A DNA stretch of 56,637 bases, filler included, from Dirinaria sp. TL-2023a (GCA_051941275.1; 3 parts of 3 records of this genome joined end to end with filler, not necessarily neighbours in it), one strand, 5' to 3'; counted from the first letter of the whole stretch, positions 36,467 through 49,920 are shown. The notes: generated by a model not told the origin, from the sequence alone. Numbers and translations: made by a program.

Positions 36467-37734
36467 ATGCCCAAGCGGAAATTCGAGCATGGGTATCCAG
36501 TCAAGCGTCAGAAGACTTCTGCACTGAAGACCGCGAAAGAAGGGTCAACAGAAGAAATTCTTCGAGCAGATGTCAAGTATATGCTTTCTCAGCAAGCACA
36601 TAGACGATCGCTGGACGGGGAGTACACAATTGGAGATCAGACAGACTCGAAATTAGAATTCTCTACGCCAGAGCGATTTAGTGAAATCGATGTGGAAATA
36701 TCTGAGCTTTCCTCTACTGGTAATGGACTTGGACTAGACTCTACTTCGGATCATGTCTATGTTGTACCTTTCTCTTTACCTGGCGAGCTTGTCAAAGCAA
36801 AAGTGGTGCATTTTTCCCCCGGGGACAAATACACCTTGACCGACTTCATCTCCGTACTCAAACCCGCTGCGAACCGCAATGATTCTCTCATTAAATGTCC
36901 ATATTTTGCCAAATGTTCAGGCTGCCAGTTTCAGATGCTGTCGTATGAAGAGCAACTAGCCCACAAGAAGACCATTATCGAGAAAGCATATCGAAACTTT
37001 TCAGCTTTACCTCCTGAATTCATCCCTGCCATTGGCGATACTATAGGGTCACCTTTACAATACAATTATAGGACAAAATTAACGCCTCATTTCGACGGTC
37101 CACCGGGGACTGTGCATCGAAGGGCAAGGCAGAAAAATAAAGATAAGGTATGGACTGAAGTACCACCGATCGGCTTTATGCAGAAAGGCACGAGGAAGAC
37201 CATCGACATTGAAGAGTGTCCTATCGGAACTCATGCAGTACAATCAGGCTTGAAGCGAGAACGGCAACGCATCAAGGACGAGCTTTCCACTTTCCGAAAA
37301 GGGGCGACCATCCTACTTCGTGAAAGCACCAAGCGGATACCGCTCCCTAAAAAGGAGTGTGAAGTTTCAACGCTTTCGAAAGTAGAGCAAAGGCCAGACA
37401 ACGGGGTTTTTGATCGTTCGGGGGTGTACCGAAGCGGCAATGAAGATGTAGAGCGTGCGCCTCCTGTAGATCAAGAGAGCGCCGGAGAAGATCATTCCAC
37501 AGACCGCCAAGCATATACCGAAGAGAAATCCTGCATAACGGATTCAAACTCCACGTCGACGGAGTACGTCGACAATTATATATTTTCCAACCAAGCCGGC
37601 TCATTCTTCCAAAATAATAACTCCATCCTCCCAGAGTTCACATCGTACATCCGCTCCAACATCCTCGGCCCAAAGAAAAGCCCCGCGAGCTCCCTAACGC
37701 CGGAACCCAAGAACCCCTCCACCCACCCCTCTCC
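36467..37734 (+). CDS. TRM2: tRNA (uracil-5-)-methyltransferase Trm2, 3'-truncated by the assembly gap; start uncertain
   Basis: TRAM-like VVPFSLPGE, CPYFAKCSGCQFQ, YNYRTKLTPHFD, IDIEECPIG, GATILLRE, GSFFQNNNSILP; the ORF runs into the Ns. Confidence 0.92.
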
Positions 37735-37834
37735 NNNNNNNNNNNNNNNNNNNNNNNNNNNNNNNNNNNNNNNNNNNNTTAATTAATTAANNNNNNNNNN
37801 NNNNNNNNNNNNNNNNNNNNNNNNNNNNNNNNNN
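37735..37834. other. Assembly gap / artificial contig linker
   Basis: 44 N + TTAATTAATTAA + 44 N. The missing TRM2 C-terminus shows the true gap exceeds 100 bp. Confidence 0.97.
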
Positions 37835-38733
37835 CCCCCCCCCTCTCTCCCTATCCTCTACACACGACGATTCAAGGCTTGATTTGGAGTTGGTGTGATG
37901 GGATGGAGGGATAGCTGGCTGTTGGCATTGGCTATTTAATGTCTCTGCATGGTTTGGAGAAGTGAGGAAGGTAAGGGAGGTAGGTAGGTAGGTAGGTAGG
38001 AAATCGTGGTACCGATCTGGTATTATGAGTAGTAATAGGGTCCATGTACACACTTTGTCATTGTGAAATTCTCCAAAATTGATTGTTATAGATTACTTCG
38101 GTGGGACCAGAGATGTGATTGGTCTCGCTCCTCGTGCGATATGATGATCATCACATGAATGAATTCGGATGTGGCCATGTGTTGTTGCATGGAAAGATTG
38201 AATCGTACATTTGTGCAAGAATCAAAGTGTTTGAGTCGCTTGTTTCATTGCTTTGGCAGGCATAACATACTAATCATCGAACCGTAAGCTAAAAAGGGGT
38301 GGACAGTTCCGATCGCACAGAAGATCTCCATAACTCCTGCTGCATGAAATAAAAATTCCGCTGGTTTCGTGACATGAAGTCTGGGGCATTTCTGTTAGGT
38401 ACTTATGGTTCGCTCTTTCGTCCGCTGATCGCCATGCACGATTGCTCACCTGTGCTCCCAGAGCTATGCATAGTGCGAGCTTCATAGGGCCACATTTGGT
38501 AGCCACAAAATGTCTGGAAATGTGAGATAGAATGTCGTTGGACGACTGATGGTATTCGGTCCGGATGCTGGAAAAGCTGGCGAGTCCCCAAGCATTGGCA
38601 GCCACAGCGGAGAGAGTTACCGCAATGACCGCTATAACATGAAGCATCATCATCGATGATCGATAGTAGTCGTGCTACAGTCACCGCCGTTATGATCTAG
38701 TTCGGTAGAGCTTCTGTAGTTGCCATAAAGTCT

Positions 38734-40851
38734 TCAGAACCTCGAGGTCTGACTTCTAGCTCCTAAAACAGGTCTTGTTGTCGTTTTCGCCGAAGGCGTC
38801 GGGTTCTTCTGGCCTCCACCAATCTTCTGGAAACCCTGTAAGAGGTCTAACCCGCCAAAGTCATCGGGCTCTCCACCGAAAAGATCCAAGCCGAACAAGT
38901 CTTCCTTATCATCATCATTACAATCGTCGAGTGTCATCGACTTCGAGGGCAGTTTTTGTCGGATAGGTGAATCCTGGTAAGAGGCGTGCTGGAGAGCTTT
39001 ACTATTGAGACTGTTTCCAGTGACATCCGCGAGGATGCTGGACGTCTTGCCTATACGCTCAGCACGTGGCTTCCGGATGGATCGCCGAGCTGGCGAAGCG
39101 GAAGCTGGACGGGCGACTCCGCGACTGCCCGGATTGTCCGTAAAGATGCTGAAGCCTGGACTTAAGAAACTGCAGTGCTCATTATCGAGAATGTTGAAGG
39201 CCGGGCTAAACGGCATCTCATCCTGTGGCAAACTTGGTCCTTTGAGCGGTGAGCCGACCAGGTCTCTAATCTTGTTACGATGGTTCCGAAGGTTGGTATT
39301 TGGGGATATCGACAGAGGTGGCTTTGGTGGCAGCTTGAACGTCATGGCTGGCGTCAGAGGGGGTAGCATCAACGAGCTATCGAAGTGCCGCAGTGGCGAA
39401 GACGATATCAATTGGGGCGTTGGCGGTTCCAGCATAGACTGACTTTTAACAGGGCTAAATTCACGCGAAGAAGAGCGCATCCGGGCAATCTCTTCCTCTG
39501 CCCGTCCACGTGCGGTTTTCCGATGCTCCACTTCGTTGTCGATCCCGAAAGCGCTTCCAGGGAATCGCGGCCTCGTTGCAGATGATTCAAGGGACGACCA
39601 GTAGCCGCTGTCGTCCATAGAGGCAAGTTTACGCTTTTGTGGTACCAAATGACTGGTGGGCAGAGGCATGTCCGGGATCAGAGGCGGTGTACCCTCATGT
39701 GAGGGACGATCACGAACGATAGGTGGAGATGAGTGAATAGGTTGAGTAGGAGACGATAGCGGCAATCGACAAGGAGGCGGCATTCTGTTTGGGACATCGT
39801 GGTCATCGTCCTGCGAAGGAGCATCTGAAGCTGTTATAGTCGCGTCCGACGATGGCTCTAGAGATTCGGGTACTGAAGCGCCGCCTTGAGGCACCGGTTG
39901 GATCGGGGGAGGATACATGCTTGTGCTGGGATCACTCGAGAGTTGCGAAGAGGATTTGGCGGTGAAGGCATAGGATAATGCCGGACGACGAATGGGCTTG
40001 TCCTTGATGAATTCTGCTTCATGCCCAGCTTTGATAGCCCAGTAACTGCCTTTACCGGGATCATCCTTTGGCCGCTCCTGTTTGACGAATTTGCTGTTCA
40101 GGCTGAGGTTGTGACGGATACTGTTCTGCCAGCCGGTATCTTTCAGATTGTAGAAAGAAAATGTGTCAGAGATCCATTTATAGATCTGTGCGAGTGTGAG
40201 ACGACGAGCGGGAGCCCGTAGAATGGCCATGCCAATAAGATTAGCGTAGCTATAAGGTGGTTTGGCTCCATTATCCTCCAGTAGGGGCATACTCTCAGGG
40301 TCGGGCAAGTGCAGCGTCTGTCCTCCGGCAACCTGACACTTATTGGCTTCACTTTTGGCTGGATCTGAAAGGACGGAATTCGGCATCGTAGGATAGCCGT
40401 AACTGGGTTCTGGGAACTCGGCAAGGTTGGGGTTGTGCTCGGGTGGAGTGTTTTCCTTGTCTGTGGGCTTGGATACTGGAAATGTGGTAAAGATCGCTTT
40501 TCCGGGCTTGAGGGGCGCAATGGGCTGGTACATTGACACGGTTGGTTTCTTGGTGGGCGAATCCGTCCGAAAAGATGGCTGCTGTGGAGGTGGAAGCGAG
40601 ACATGCTTTCTGTCACCGAAGACGGGCCTGGAGGGGGAACTAGCAGGACGGCGGTTGCACTTGAGGGGAGAGCGTCCATCTGGTCTCGTCTTTGGGGGAT
40701 TTAAGACAATATCTTGACTGGTTGATGCGTCCGTAGATGAACGACCATCAGAGGAAGCAGGTCTGGCGGAATATGTTGGTAGAGGAAGATCGGAAGTATC
40801 TGAAGGAGATGGCGGATCCGGGAAGATATGGACAAATCGCGTCGGAGCCAT
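38734..40851 (-). CDS. Forkhead transcription factor (Sep1/Hcm1-like)
   Basis: KPPYSYANLIGMAILRAPARRLTLAQIYKWISDTF..GWQNSIRHNLSL..PGKGSYW; many S/T-P sites; SMDDSGY and SISPNTNLRNHR motifs. Confidence 0.93.
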   Translation of the reverse strand: MAPTRFVHIFPDPPSPSDTSDLPLPTYSARPASSDGRSSTDASTSQDIVLNPPKTRPDGRSPLKCNRRPASSPSRPVFGDRKHVSLPPPQQPSFRTDSPTKKPTVSMYQPIAPLKPGKAIFTTFPVSKPTDKENTPPEHNPNLAEFPEPSYGYPTMPNSVLSDPAKSEANKCQVAGGQTLHLPDPESMPLLEDNGAKPPYSYANLIGMAILRAPARRLTLAQIYKWISDTFSFYNLKDTGWQNSIRHNLSLNSKFVKQERPKDDPGKGSYWAIKAGHEAEFIKDKPIRRPALSYAFTAKSSSQLSSDPSTSMYPPPIQPVPQGGASVPESLEPSSDATITASDAPSQDDDHDVPNRMPPPCRLPLSSPTQPIHSSPPIVRDRPSHEGTPPLIPDMPLPTSHLVPQKRKLASMDDSGYWSSLESSATRPRFPGSAFGIDNEVEHRKTARGRAEEEIARMRSSSREFSPVKSQSMLEPPTPQLISSSPLRHFDSSLMLPPLTPAMTFKLPPKPPLSISPNTNLRNHRNKIRDLVGSPLKGPSLPQDEMPFSPAFNILDNEHCSFLSPGFSIFTDNPGSRGVARPASASPARRSIRKPRAERIGKTSSILADVTGNSLNSKALQHASYQDSPIRQKLPSKSMTLDDCNDDDKEDLFGLDLFGGEPDDFGGLDLLQGFQKIGGGQKNPTPSAKTTTRPVLGARSQTSRF

Positions 40852-41741
40852 TGCTCAAGGATGGCGACAGAGCTCTAAATGGCCGATGTGAAATCTAGAG
40901 ACGATTTGACGCGTAGACTGACAACATTGAGGATTCTTGACAGAGGTTGAGCAAAAGTTTCGCTGGCGGTCGGTTCACAGGCGGACGAGCTAGCTCATGC
41001 AAGCAATTGCGACAGAGATGTCGGGTAAGGCTTGCAGAGTCGGCGCGTAATGGAGAGCAACTGAAAGCATGGGCTACAAGCTATTCGGCAATGGTGAGAG
41101 CAGATGAAGCGAAGCAAATGCAAAGGAAAGGTTAGGAGGAGAATTGAGGTGCGAAGTTAGTGTGGTAGGGAGTGATGTTGAAGAGCGGGAGGAGGAGGAG
41201 GAGGAGGATGACGAGAGGGGGAGGGAGAGCAGGCTAGAACACTAAGAACAGCTGCCCTGCACCGCCCGAGGCTTTCCGGCTTCCTTCCCCAAGCTACCTT
41301 ATCTTTACTGCACCAGTACGAGTACACTTTACTCTTGTTCCTTATCGCGTATCAATAATCGCACAGCACTACCTGGCAGTGCTTTCTCTCTCTCTTCCCC
41401 TTAAAACTTAGATGCTTCGAGCTTGAGGAGCATAATCATGTCTACATGGATTGCTGCCGATAAACATCATCCGGTTTGTGTTACTCCATGCTAGAGTTAC
41501 CTTACCTGAGATGCCCTGGTTTCGACAATTTGGACGAGGTATGCTTGCCTCGCGTCCACGACACGTCTCTCTCCAACGGAACGCTTTCATTCGATCGTGT
41601 CTAAGCGCCGCCCAACTCACCCAGTGGAAACACACTCTCGCACCCAATCGATCAATCATCCCTTTTCATGACATCAGATACAGCGCCATCTGGGTTCTCA
41701 TTACACGTATCCATTCTTTATTATACCCCATCCTATTTTTG

Positions 41742-41774
<33 letters not shown>

Positions 41775-41874
41775 CAAAAAAAAAACCCTTTTTACCCCTG
41801 CCTAGATGCTTGCACTGTGACGCCTCGCTATGCAGACCGGTCTTTGCGCTTTCTCTGTGTCATAAGAACACCCT

Positions 41875-43842
41875 TCATGAAAACGTAAACAGGTTGGTAT
41901 GTAAGATGCTGAGCGCGCGGTCCGCATCCCGCTCCTCGATCACGCACGAGATGTTGATCTCGCTGGCTCCTGCGTGGCCCCGTCAATACCTTGGGAATTG
42001 CTCGCGATGGCGAGATTCTACGCACCTTGGGAAATCATCTCAATGTTGATGTTGTTCTCTGGAGGATTGTGAGCGTTGCCCTGACGAGGTGGAGGAGGAA
42101 GAGCTTCCATACTGCCCAAGGTAGAAAACATCTTGCCTGCAATACCAACCATGTTCTTCATCTGCTTTCCTACCAGACTGAGGATGGCCATACCATCAAT
42201 AATATCTACAGCACCATAGCGTCGGAGCTCGTCAATGGCCTGCCGAAGCTCGAGATCGACGATCTTCTTTTCATCGTCGCCACCGCCAGAGATGACCGCT
42301 GATTCGGAATGCAAAGCCATTGACACATGAACCTCCGAGGTGGATATGAGGTCGACGGAAAGCCTCCATCGGGATAGCGTCGAGAATATCCCTTCATAGA
42401 AGTCATGTAACAGCGAACGTTTGTTGGAATGAACGTTGATCACAATGATCTTGTCCTTGATTGTCACCGCCGTCGGTCGCTTAGGCTTGATGTCCCTGAG
42501 AACACTGGAGCTTCGCGTACGAAACAACGTCGGATCATGACCTGGTGTCGACTGGTAGACCTTGCTGGGATCATCGGGCAATATGATCGTCCCTGCACCT
42601 CGAGGATTCCCAACATTTTTGATACGTATCGGTATGCTAACATCCCCAATAAGTATTATTCAGCTCGACGCAATGTTGAATATTCTGTGCATTTGGTCTC
42701 ACCTAGCACGAATCACCTGTTCCATAGTAAAAGGATGTATAACTTCGGATCCGTAGAATCTGTATCAGTCAGAGATTTGTATTAGACCGAGGCCAGGAGC
42801 TTCTACATACGCAAGCTCCGCTGCTTCGGCTGGACTGATCTTTGAAAGCAACGTCGCTGTGGGTACCTTACGCGGATCCTGTGCGCTCGAACAGTCAGTC
42901 CAAAAAGCATGCGTTGGAAGTGATATCTTTAGTCTCACGGCAGTAAAAACGCCTTCTACCTCTTTCCAGATTTGCAGCTCGCGTGCACAAAGACCAACAG
43001 CGACCAGCGCGGCGCAAAGGTCAGTGTAGCCACGACCTATTTTGTTCAGCAGTCCTCCAGGAACAGGGCCAAAGTAGCCTGTCATGACAGGCACTTGATT
43101 TCCGCACGCTTCGACCTCTCGAGCCAGCGCCCCCGCTAGACGTTGGTAGAACTCCTGGTCGAGCCCATGCGGGACTTTAAATTTGATGATTCCGGACAAA
43201 TCCACGAATTTGGAGTCAACACCTCGGTCCTTGAGCAGCGCTTGCATGAAGCGGGAACTTAGATTCTCCCCTCTACTGATGACCCTGTCCGTGAAACCAG
43301 GACTCTCGCCTATCCGTTGCGCTGCTGCCAGATCCAATCTCAGCTCCAGACACTCTTGCTCAATTTCTGTCAGCAGATTCTGCACGGTCTTTTCGTCGTG
43401 TATGTATGATTTGGCCGACTCGACATGGTCCTCCTCGACGGACGAGACGATCTTTTGGTAGGCTTGCTGATCGGCATTTACGGCTTCTCGCGCGGCTCGA
43501 AGGAGTCTCCACTTCCATTAACGCCGCCTAAAAATTGTGCACAGCTTGAGCTGCTTACCTATTGGTTGTGCCTTCCAATTTCGTAATGCCACTGCGTGCG
43601 GAGCAGACCACTGCGACACGGTTTCCTCGCAAGCTCGACCTGAGCGTCTTAAGTTTTAGTCGCTTCATGTTATTGAACGTTTCCAGCGTTTGAACATACC
43701 GAATAACATTTTCCGCAATCTGATCAGCGAACTTACCCACGGACGTACCTCCGAATTTTTGTACTATCCATGCCCTTGAAATGTCATTATGCACTATACT
43801 GGAATTATTGGGATGGCCATTGACTAGGATTTGTGAGCCCAT
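41875..43842 (-). CDS. HOM3: Aspartokinase, 8 exons
   Basis: WIVQKFGGTSVGK, VVCSARS, GRGYTDLCAALVA, IWKEVEGVFTA|DPRKVP, FYGSEVIHPFTM, and ACT domains (VDLISTSEVHVS; NINIEMISQGASEINISCVI). Confidence 0.96.
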
Positions 43843-44513
43843 GACCCGTGGAGAGATCTTGCACAGCTCTTGGGCAATTGCTAAAATGCGCAAGATCTTT
43901 GTCAAAAACTGAATGGACGCATTTCATGCTTGCGAATTTTATTCGAATATCGAACGAGGTCTGCCAGATTTAATCACCTGTGTGAAAAAGCCAGCCAGGG
44001 TCCAATGACGCGGGAACCGCTAAGCTACCTATAATACGTTACGGTTACTTCGTGCCACAGGTAAAGATACAGTACTGTACTTAGATACGTGTCTAAACAG
44101 GGGTCAATACATACACATACATGTACTTAGATACCTTAGTTACCTACATGTAATCTTACTTTAAGAATTTGAAGTGATGGAAAAATCAGCAGAGGATGAA
44201 ACAGTGCATTATTTCATAGCGTCTTATCAGCGGCAATGATTCCGACTCTGTACCAATTACATAATAATGCGCAACTGAGGTAGTTTTTCAACTCAGAAGG
44301 GCCCATCGTATGAGCTCGAGGGCTGTCCAGGTACCCGTAGCACATATCGATATCAGTCCTGAGTATCGTCGCCCTATTGGTCTGCGCCTCATAAATGCAA
44401 TCAATGGTAGTAAGTGATCCCATAATACGCCTTCGCTATGCCAAACGTCAACGCTTCACGGTTCTCAAACGCCGTAGCCATCAGGGTGTGCACCCTCGCA
44501 CATCGCACTTTGT

Positions 44514-46268
44514 TTATCGACGGTACATATCCCGAGCACGTTCTCGGTCTCGGTGCAGATCTGGGCTCCTGCTTCGCCTGCGTGCTGGATCTCGAGATTC
44601 ATAGTCCCTTCGCTCGCCGTAACGTCCTCGATCAATTCGTTCGCCTTGTCTTGGATCCTCCTCCCGATCGCGGTAGCGGTTGTCCCGATTATCTCGATTC
44701 GCATAGCTCGGGATGTAAGTGTCGCGATTAGACGGCCCGTTTGCGCCAGGGTTCCTAGAGGGATGCATTGGCCAGCCTCGTGGCGGTGGAGGCTCAACCT
44801 CACCGGACCAGCCTTGTCCTGGACCAGTCCTGCCCATGTCACTCGGAGGAGGCGGACGTGGAGGCAGGCCGTGTGCATCTCTCGCCCATGCAGGCCGATG
44901 TGACGGGGGCGGCCCGGGAAGTGCTTTGCTTCTATGGTCAGGCTGAGGGGGTGGATATCTGCTGTCGTAATTATTCCGGCGAAAGTGGTTATGTGGTTGC
45001 CCATTCATGTGATTGCTGGCACCCTCACGAGGCCTTTGCTGATAATGGTTTAGGGGTGCTAATCCATGGCCAAAGTCACCGTTAGGTCCCATACCAACGG
45101 TCCCACCTGCCGGTGCAGGCGGGGGTGCCGCCTTCTGACCACGAAATTTCCTCCGATCTAGCTCGTGGGAGTCCTCGAATTGGGGTAGATTGTCAGGCTT
45201 GGCGGGCAGTGGAGGGTTCTTAAAGTAAGGATGATCGATCGCATCTATCGCATTGATTCTTTTTCGCCAGTCAAGCTTCAAAAGCTCGGTAAGAAGTGAT
45301 ATTGCAGCTGAGCCTTGCTCCCGGAAGACCTGGTGGATTGTACCGGATCTTGTTGGGAAAGTGGACATACCTTCACAGCCGGGGAGGGATGTACATCCAG
45401 GCATGTTGGCTTCTGTAGGCGAACCGACAAGATCGAATATTAGCTGGGCCTGATTCAAGTCGCTGGTACCGGCGAGGATCGGCCTTCCCTTAAACATCTC
45501 ACCAAAGACACAGCCAACGCCCCACATATCGATGGCCGTGGTATACCGGCGCAATTGTAGCAATAACTCCGGAGGTCTGTACCAGCGAGTGACGACCAGG
45601 GTAGTGTAATCTCTCGATGCCTCGCCGCCGCCTTTCCCTGGCATGGGGGGAGGATCGTCGTATGGTCGGGCGAGACCGAAGTCAGCAATTTGAAGAATTC
45701 CGCGGTTACTGATCAGAAGATTGGCCGCCTTCATATCCCGATGCAAGATTCTGTTCCCATGCAGGTAGCGAAGGCCTTCTAAGAGCTGCAACATGTAACA
45801 CTTGATCTGAGGTTCGGTGAACCGGACCGCAGGATTCTCGAGCAAGCCAGAAAGATCGTGATCCATGTACGGTGTGACCATGTGAACATGGCATTTCTTG
45901 ATCACTTCGCCTTTCTTACGCTCAACCGCAATCTCCTCCAACTTGAGGATATTCGGGTGAGAAAGCATCTTTAAGAGCTTGATTTCTCGTAGCGCAGTGA
46001 TTGGAAACCCGTCCTTCTCATTATGCAATATGATCTTCTTCAGCGCGACGGTACGCCCAGTCCGGTGCGATCGAGCTTTGTAAACTTCACCGAATGTACC
46101 TTCTCCAAGTTTGCTGATGATCTCGTAAGCCTTCAGACTCGAGCATCCGTGAAATCTTGGGCGTCCGTCGGAAGTTCTTTCTAGGGATGCTTTCGCTGAT
46201 TGAGGCTTATCACTTGATGGGCCGCCGTAGGGTGACTGAGCTCCTGCAATCTGCGCTGGACTTGCCAT
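44514..46268 (-). CDS. BUR1: Cyclin-dependent kinase Bur1/Sgv1 (CDK9 family)
   Basis: [61 protein letters not shown], and an R/D-rich tail. Confidence 0.96.
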   Translation of the reverse strand: MASPAQIAGAQSPYGGPSSDKPQSAKASLERTSDGRPRFHGCSSLKAYEIISKLGEGTFGEVYKARSHRTGRTVALKKIILHNEKDGFPITALREIKLLKMLSHPNILKLEEIAVERKKGEVIKKCHVHMVTPYMDHDLSGLLENPAVRFTEPQIKCYMLQLLEGLRYLHGNRILHRDMKAANLLISNRGILQIADFGLARPYDDPPPMPGKGGGEASRDYTTLVVTRWYRPPELLLQLRRYTTAIDMWGVGCVFGEMFKGRPILAGTSDLNQAQLIFDLVGSPTEANMPGCTSLPGCEGMSTFPTRSGTIHQVFREQGSAAISLLTELLKLDWRKRINAIDAIDHPYFKNPPLPAKPDNLPQFEDSHELDRRKFRGQKAAPPPAPAGGTVGMGPNGDFGHGLAPLNHYQQRPREGASNHMNGQPHNHFRRNNYDSRYPPPQPDHRSKALPGPPPSHRPAWARDAHGLPPRPPPPSDMGRTGPGQGWSGEVEPPPPRGWPMHPSRNPGANGPSNRDTYIPSYANRDNRDNRYRDREEDPRQGERIDRGRYGERRDYESRDPARRRSRSPDLHRDRERARDMYRR

Positions 46269-47193
46269 GATCTCCCGGAGATGAGGGGGTGGATGTGGAA
46301 CGGGTAGTAGGTTCAGTATATGGATTTACGTAGATGTGGTTCCTAGGTGACTGGATTGAAGGGAAAGTTGTTGTTAATTGTACATGGTCGCGTAGATCGA
46401 GTACTGGAGCAGATAAAGCTCATGTTGGTACCTACACAAAGAAGGACCCGCTGCTCTGAGCAGGCAAAAGTAAGGGGCAACGATATGGATTTGGCAGAGG
46501 ATTGAACAGCACTGTATTGGTTGTGAATGAATACCTTATGCTGTCACAAGCCTTGAACTCCTGTTGTAAGATACATAAGATACTTACTTTCATTTCTGCC
46601 CTACTTCGTACTTTACGTATTAAGTATTATTCTCCTAGCTCCCGTCTTGGCACTTCGTAGCTAAACACAAAAGGACCTTAAAGTAGATAAGCGAGGTATT
46701 CTACTTCATCTACATGTACTCTGTCGTACTTCAGCGCTTCATCACATAGCTTGTGCCTATGTACAGTACAGTACATGCAGTCATATCATCCAGAGTGAAC
46801 AGAATCGGCATCGGTAAATCTCCCCGCGCTAATATCTCTGTCTATTTATATTAGTAATACATCTAACCCACATCCAACATGTCCACCAATCGCCCTCATC
46901 AACAAATTGCACCAAAACAGAAATATATGGCGTCTAGCTCAAGCACTTTTGACTTAGTGCAGAGAAGACTAGCTGCTCCGTGAGAGGTCAAGAATATGCT
47001 GGAACAATGGACTAGAGATGATGCTCATCGTACACCATATCAGTATCACGAGCGTTCATCCGCGCTCTATCATCAGGCGCCACTTTCACCAGGGCATTCT
47101 TTGCGCGCAGAGGACAGCAGTTATCGATAGACATCTCTGCGGAATAAGCCTTCACTCGAAGCCTGAGGGGGTCGCGAGGATACCAACAATGCC

Positions 47194-49503
47194 TCAATGC
47201 TGAATGGCCGTTAGAGTTGTCACAACAAGAGAATGAAATTTCTTCAAGGGGTCTTACATCCACGTCGTCCCAAGCACGGCCATGTACCTCAGCCAATTCG
47301 GTCATATTCATGACCTTGCCAGTCGTGACTGTTTTGGTTGTGAGCGCTTCAACTCGATAAGATCCACCAGCCAGTGCTATGCTCACAGTAACCTGCATGT
47401 ATTTTGGCATCGATCTCTACGCGGCTGTCTTCTGGGATCAGCTCGTCGGGGATCGGGACCCGCTCATAGATAGGGATCCCTTGTTCCACGATGGCTTCAT
47501 GCTTCATGCTATGGCTGATTAGCTCGTTCGCTCCTCAGACGCGCCCTTTTCCCTGAGAATAACATACTTTGACATACTAAGCATGCGGTCAATCTTCGTT
47601 ATGCCAAGCCAGTGAAGAATCTACCAGGCGTTACGTTAGCCCTATTGAATGGTAAGACGGAAATTGGGACTGTACATCGGGCATCAATGCTTGAAAACGC
47701 ATATCCTACAGAAAGTTATATCAATTTCAGTCTGAGTGATAGAGCTGCGGAGTAAGACCTTGACCCCAGCAATATTTTCTGTTCGCTGAAAATACTCGCT
47801 TGCACCTGTACATTAATCGTTAGGCGAAACAGAGTGAAAATTTTATTACTAGTGCGAGCCCACTCACGGTCGGTGCCTCGCTTCCCTGACAGATGTGGAA
47901 GTGAGCATTGAACAGAGAATATGTATTCTTGGAAGACATCTTACGAGCATTGTATACTAGGTATTTCGTGACTTCGCCTAATGCGCGCCCCTCTTTTCGA
48001 AAGTATATGACCACACCACTTCCACCCTGTTGTGCTTCCTTGACTGCTTCTTCAACACCGAAAATTAAATACGGCCGGCAGGTACAGATGTCAGACCCGA
48101 ATACATCGCTTCCATTGCATTCGTCATGAACCCGAAGGGCAAGGCGGACATTTGGATCCGACATCTTGGCTGGATCACCGAAACAGTAAACAGTCAGGCC
48201 GCCTATGGGAGGCAGGAAAAGCTTGATATCGCCTCGTGTTATGAGCTCAGGGAATGAGCCTCCTGTGTTTTCAAACAGCGATCTCCGTAGCGTGCCTTCA
48301 TCTGCGTACATTTCAGCAATACTTCCCAAAAGAAGTCTCTACGGGTAAGAGTTATAAATTGCTGTGTGCATACCAATGCCAAAGCGTTCAGCAACTCCAG
48401 CAAGGTACCAGACCGGCTCAACGGCGAATTTGGTGACTGCTAATTCGCCCGTTGCATTAAGACATATCTTTCCATCGGGGACGAGGCGACCATTGCGAAC
48501 GCTCTGCTCCAGTTCAGGCAGCTTCATGTGAGCTCTGGTAATTGCGATAGTTGGCCTAATATGGACGTTCTGTTCTTTTATAATATCGGCGAACAGCCAA
48601 GGACTTAAATGTCCCAAAGGATCCATTGCTACGATTTTCTTTGGGTCGGACCATTGTGGGAAGGGACCAACATTGACTGCAGGTTCTGTGTTTGTAAAGT
48701 CAGGTTTGTGGTCGAGGTCGAGGTTCTTGCTTGCTACAGCTAGCGCATGATATATGGAATACGAGCCTCCATGGGCACCGATTGCTGTGGACGGTCTTGA
48801 TTAGAGTGTTTTTCAGATCTCAAGAATGTATAAAGCTTGTCAATGTCCCAAGAAGATGCTTGAAATTCTCGATGTTCCACATGACAGCGTAGGTAACAAA
48901 AGGGATTTGCACATGGGACTTTGACTTTGCGCGATACACAGGAATGGCAGAGCGCCGGTCTCCCGCCTCCAGCGAGGTTCAAGAAAAGGCCAATTGACAT
49001 GTGAGAAACAGCGGCATACCGTTACGTCTTCGAACGGTGCTTGCGCTTCGTGAGACCACTACGGGACCTCGCCTCTTTGGGTTCGCGTGGCCCCAGTTCA
49101 TGATGATTGGATCTATACCTGATTGCCCAGGGTAAGTAGTAAGAATAATGCGTGAAGGGGCATTGGAAGCTCGAGCAATGAGCGAACGCTTTCTTTCCGG
49201 AGCATCATCTTGGTGGCCATCTACGGCCGAAAGGCTCGGTGAAGATGGAATTGGGATACTGGATTGGGAGAGCTCTTGATTAAACTTGTTGGTCGATACA
49301 AATCTTGGGTCATCCGTGGATTTATCCCATTTATTGGTTTCATTCACTTTCTGTATCGATGTATTTAAGCTAACTTTGCTTTCGAGAGCTTCGACGGCAG
49401 CAGAAAGCGATCGGTAGTCTTGTTGAATAGTCTTCAAGGTGTCTTGGATCTGTTCAAGTGCGGCGAAGTGGCGGTCAACTGGCTCTAAGCCTTGGCCTGC
49501 CAT
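47194..49503 (-). CDS. URC1: GTP cyclohydrolase II-like protein of the Urc1/Urg1 family (uracil catabolism), 9 exons
   Basis: RIILTTYPGQ, RRN|AIGAHGGSYSIYHALAVA, IRPTIAITRAH, VEPVWYL, RVHDECNGSDVFGSDICTCRPYL, RKEGRALGEVTKYLVYNARKRG, DMRFQALMPD, VEIDAKIHAGY. Confidence 0.9.
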
Positions 49504-49920
49504 CGAGCCAGCCTACTAGACAAGTCTCTGGTTTAAGAGTCTGTTAGAGTCAGACGGTTTGGAGGGAGGCTCTAAACTTCAATTCGAGATCTTTCGAGAT
49601 CTTGGTCAAGATTTGAAGAAGAGATCAGGCGCAGGATTAGGATCGATGAAAGGCATCTAGGTGAGGCTTACTACCTATACCTACTCCGGAATACCTTACT
49701 TGGTAAGGTAAGGTAAAGTAAGGTGAGGCACATGCGGGAACTATTTCAAGCTAGGTAAGGTACAGTAGGTACCTTACCTTTTTTGGCTTGCTCGCACATG
49801 TTTGATGCAGCGCTCTCGGTTACGCTTGCTGATCCGGTCCACGCAAGACAAGGACCTCTTTTGTCCGTCACCTCAGTGCTCGACATTGCCGTTACAACCT
49901 CGAATTCAGGACAGCCCATA

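Noticed and set aside
41741..41785. Poly-A run as a retroelement tail
   Set aside because: No target-site duplication or adjoining element; it lies just 3' of HOM3 as a simple homopolymer.
47820..48329. Riboflavin-pathway GTP cyclohydrolase II (RIB1)
   Set aside because: The N-terminal AIGAHGGSY domain and RVHDECNGSDVFGS fit the Urc1/Urg1 family rather than Rib1 (RIHSEC).
48785..49019. Long first intron of URC1 as a TPP riboswitch or snoRNA host
   Set aside because: No TPP aptamer hallmarks and no paired C/D boxes with a terminal stem were seen by eye.
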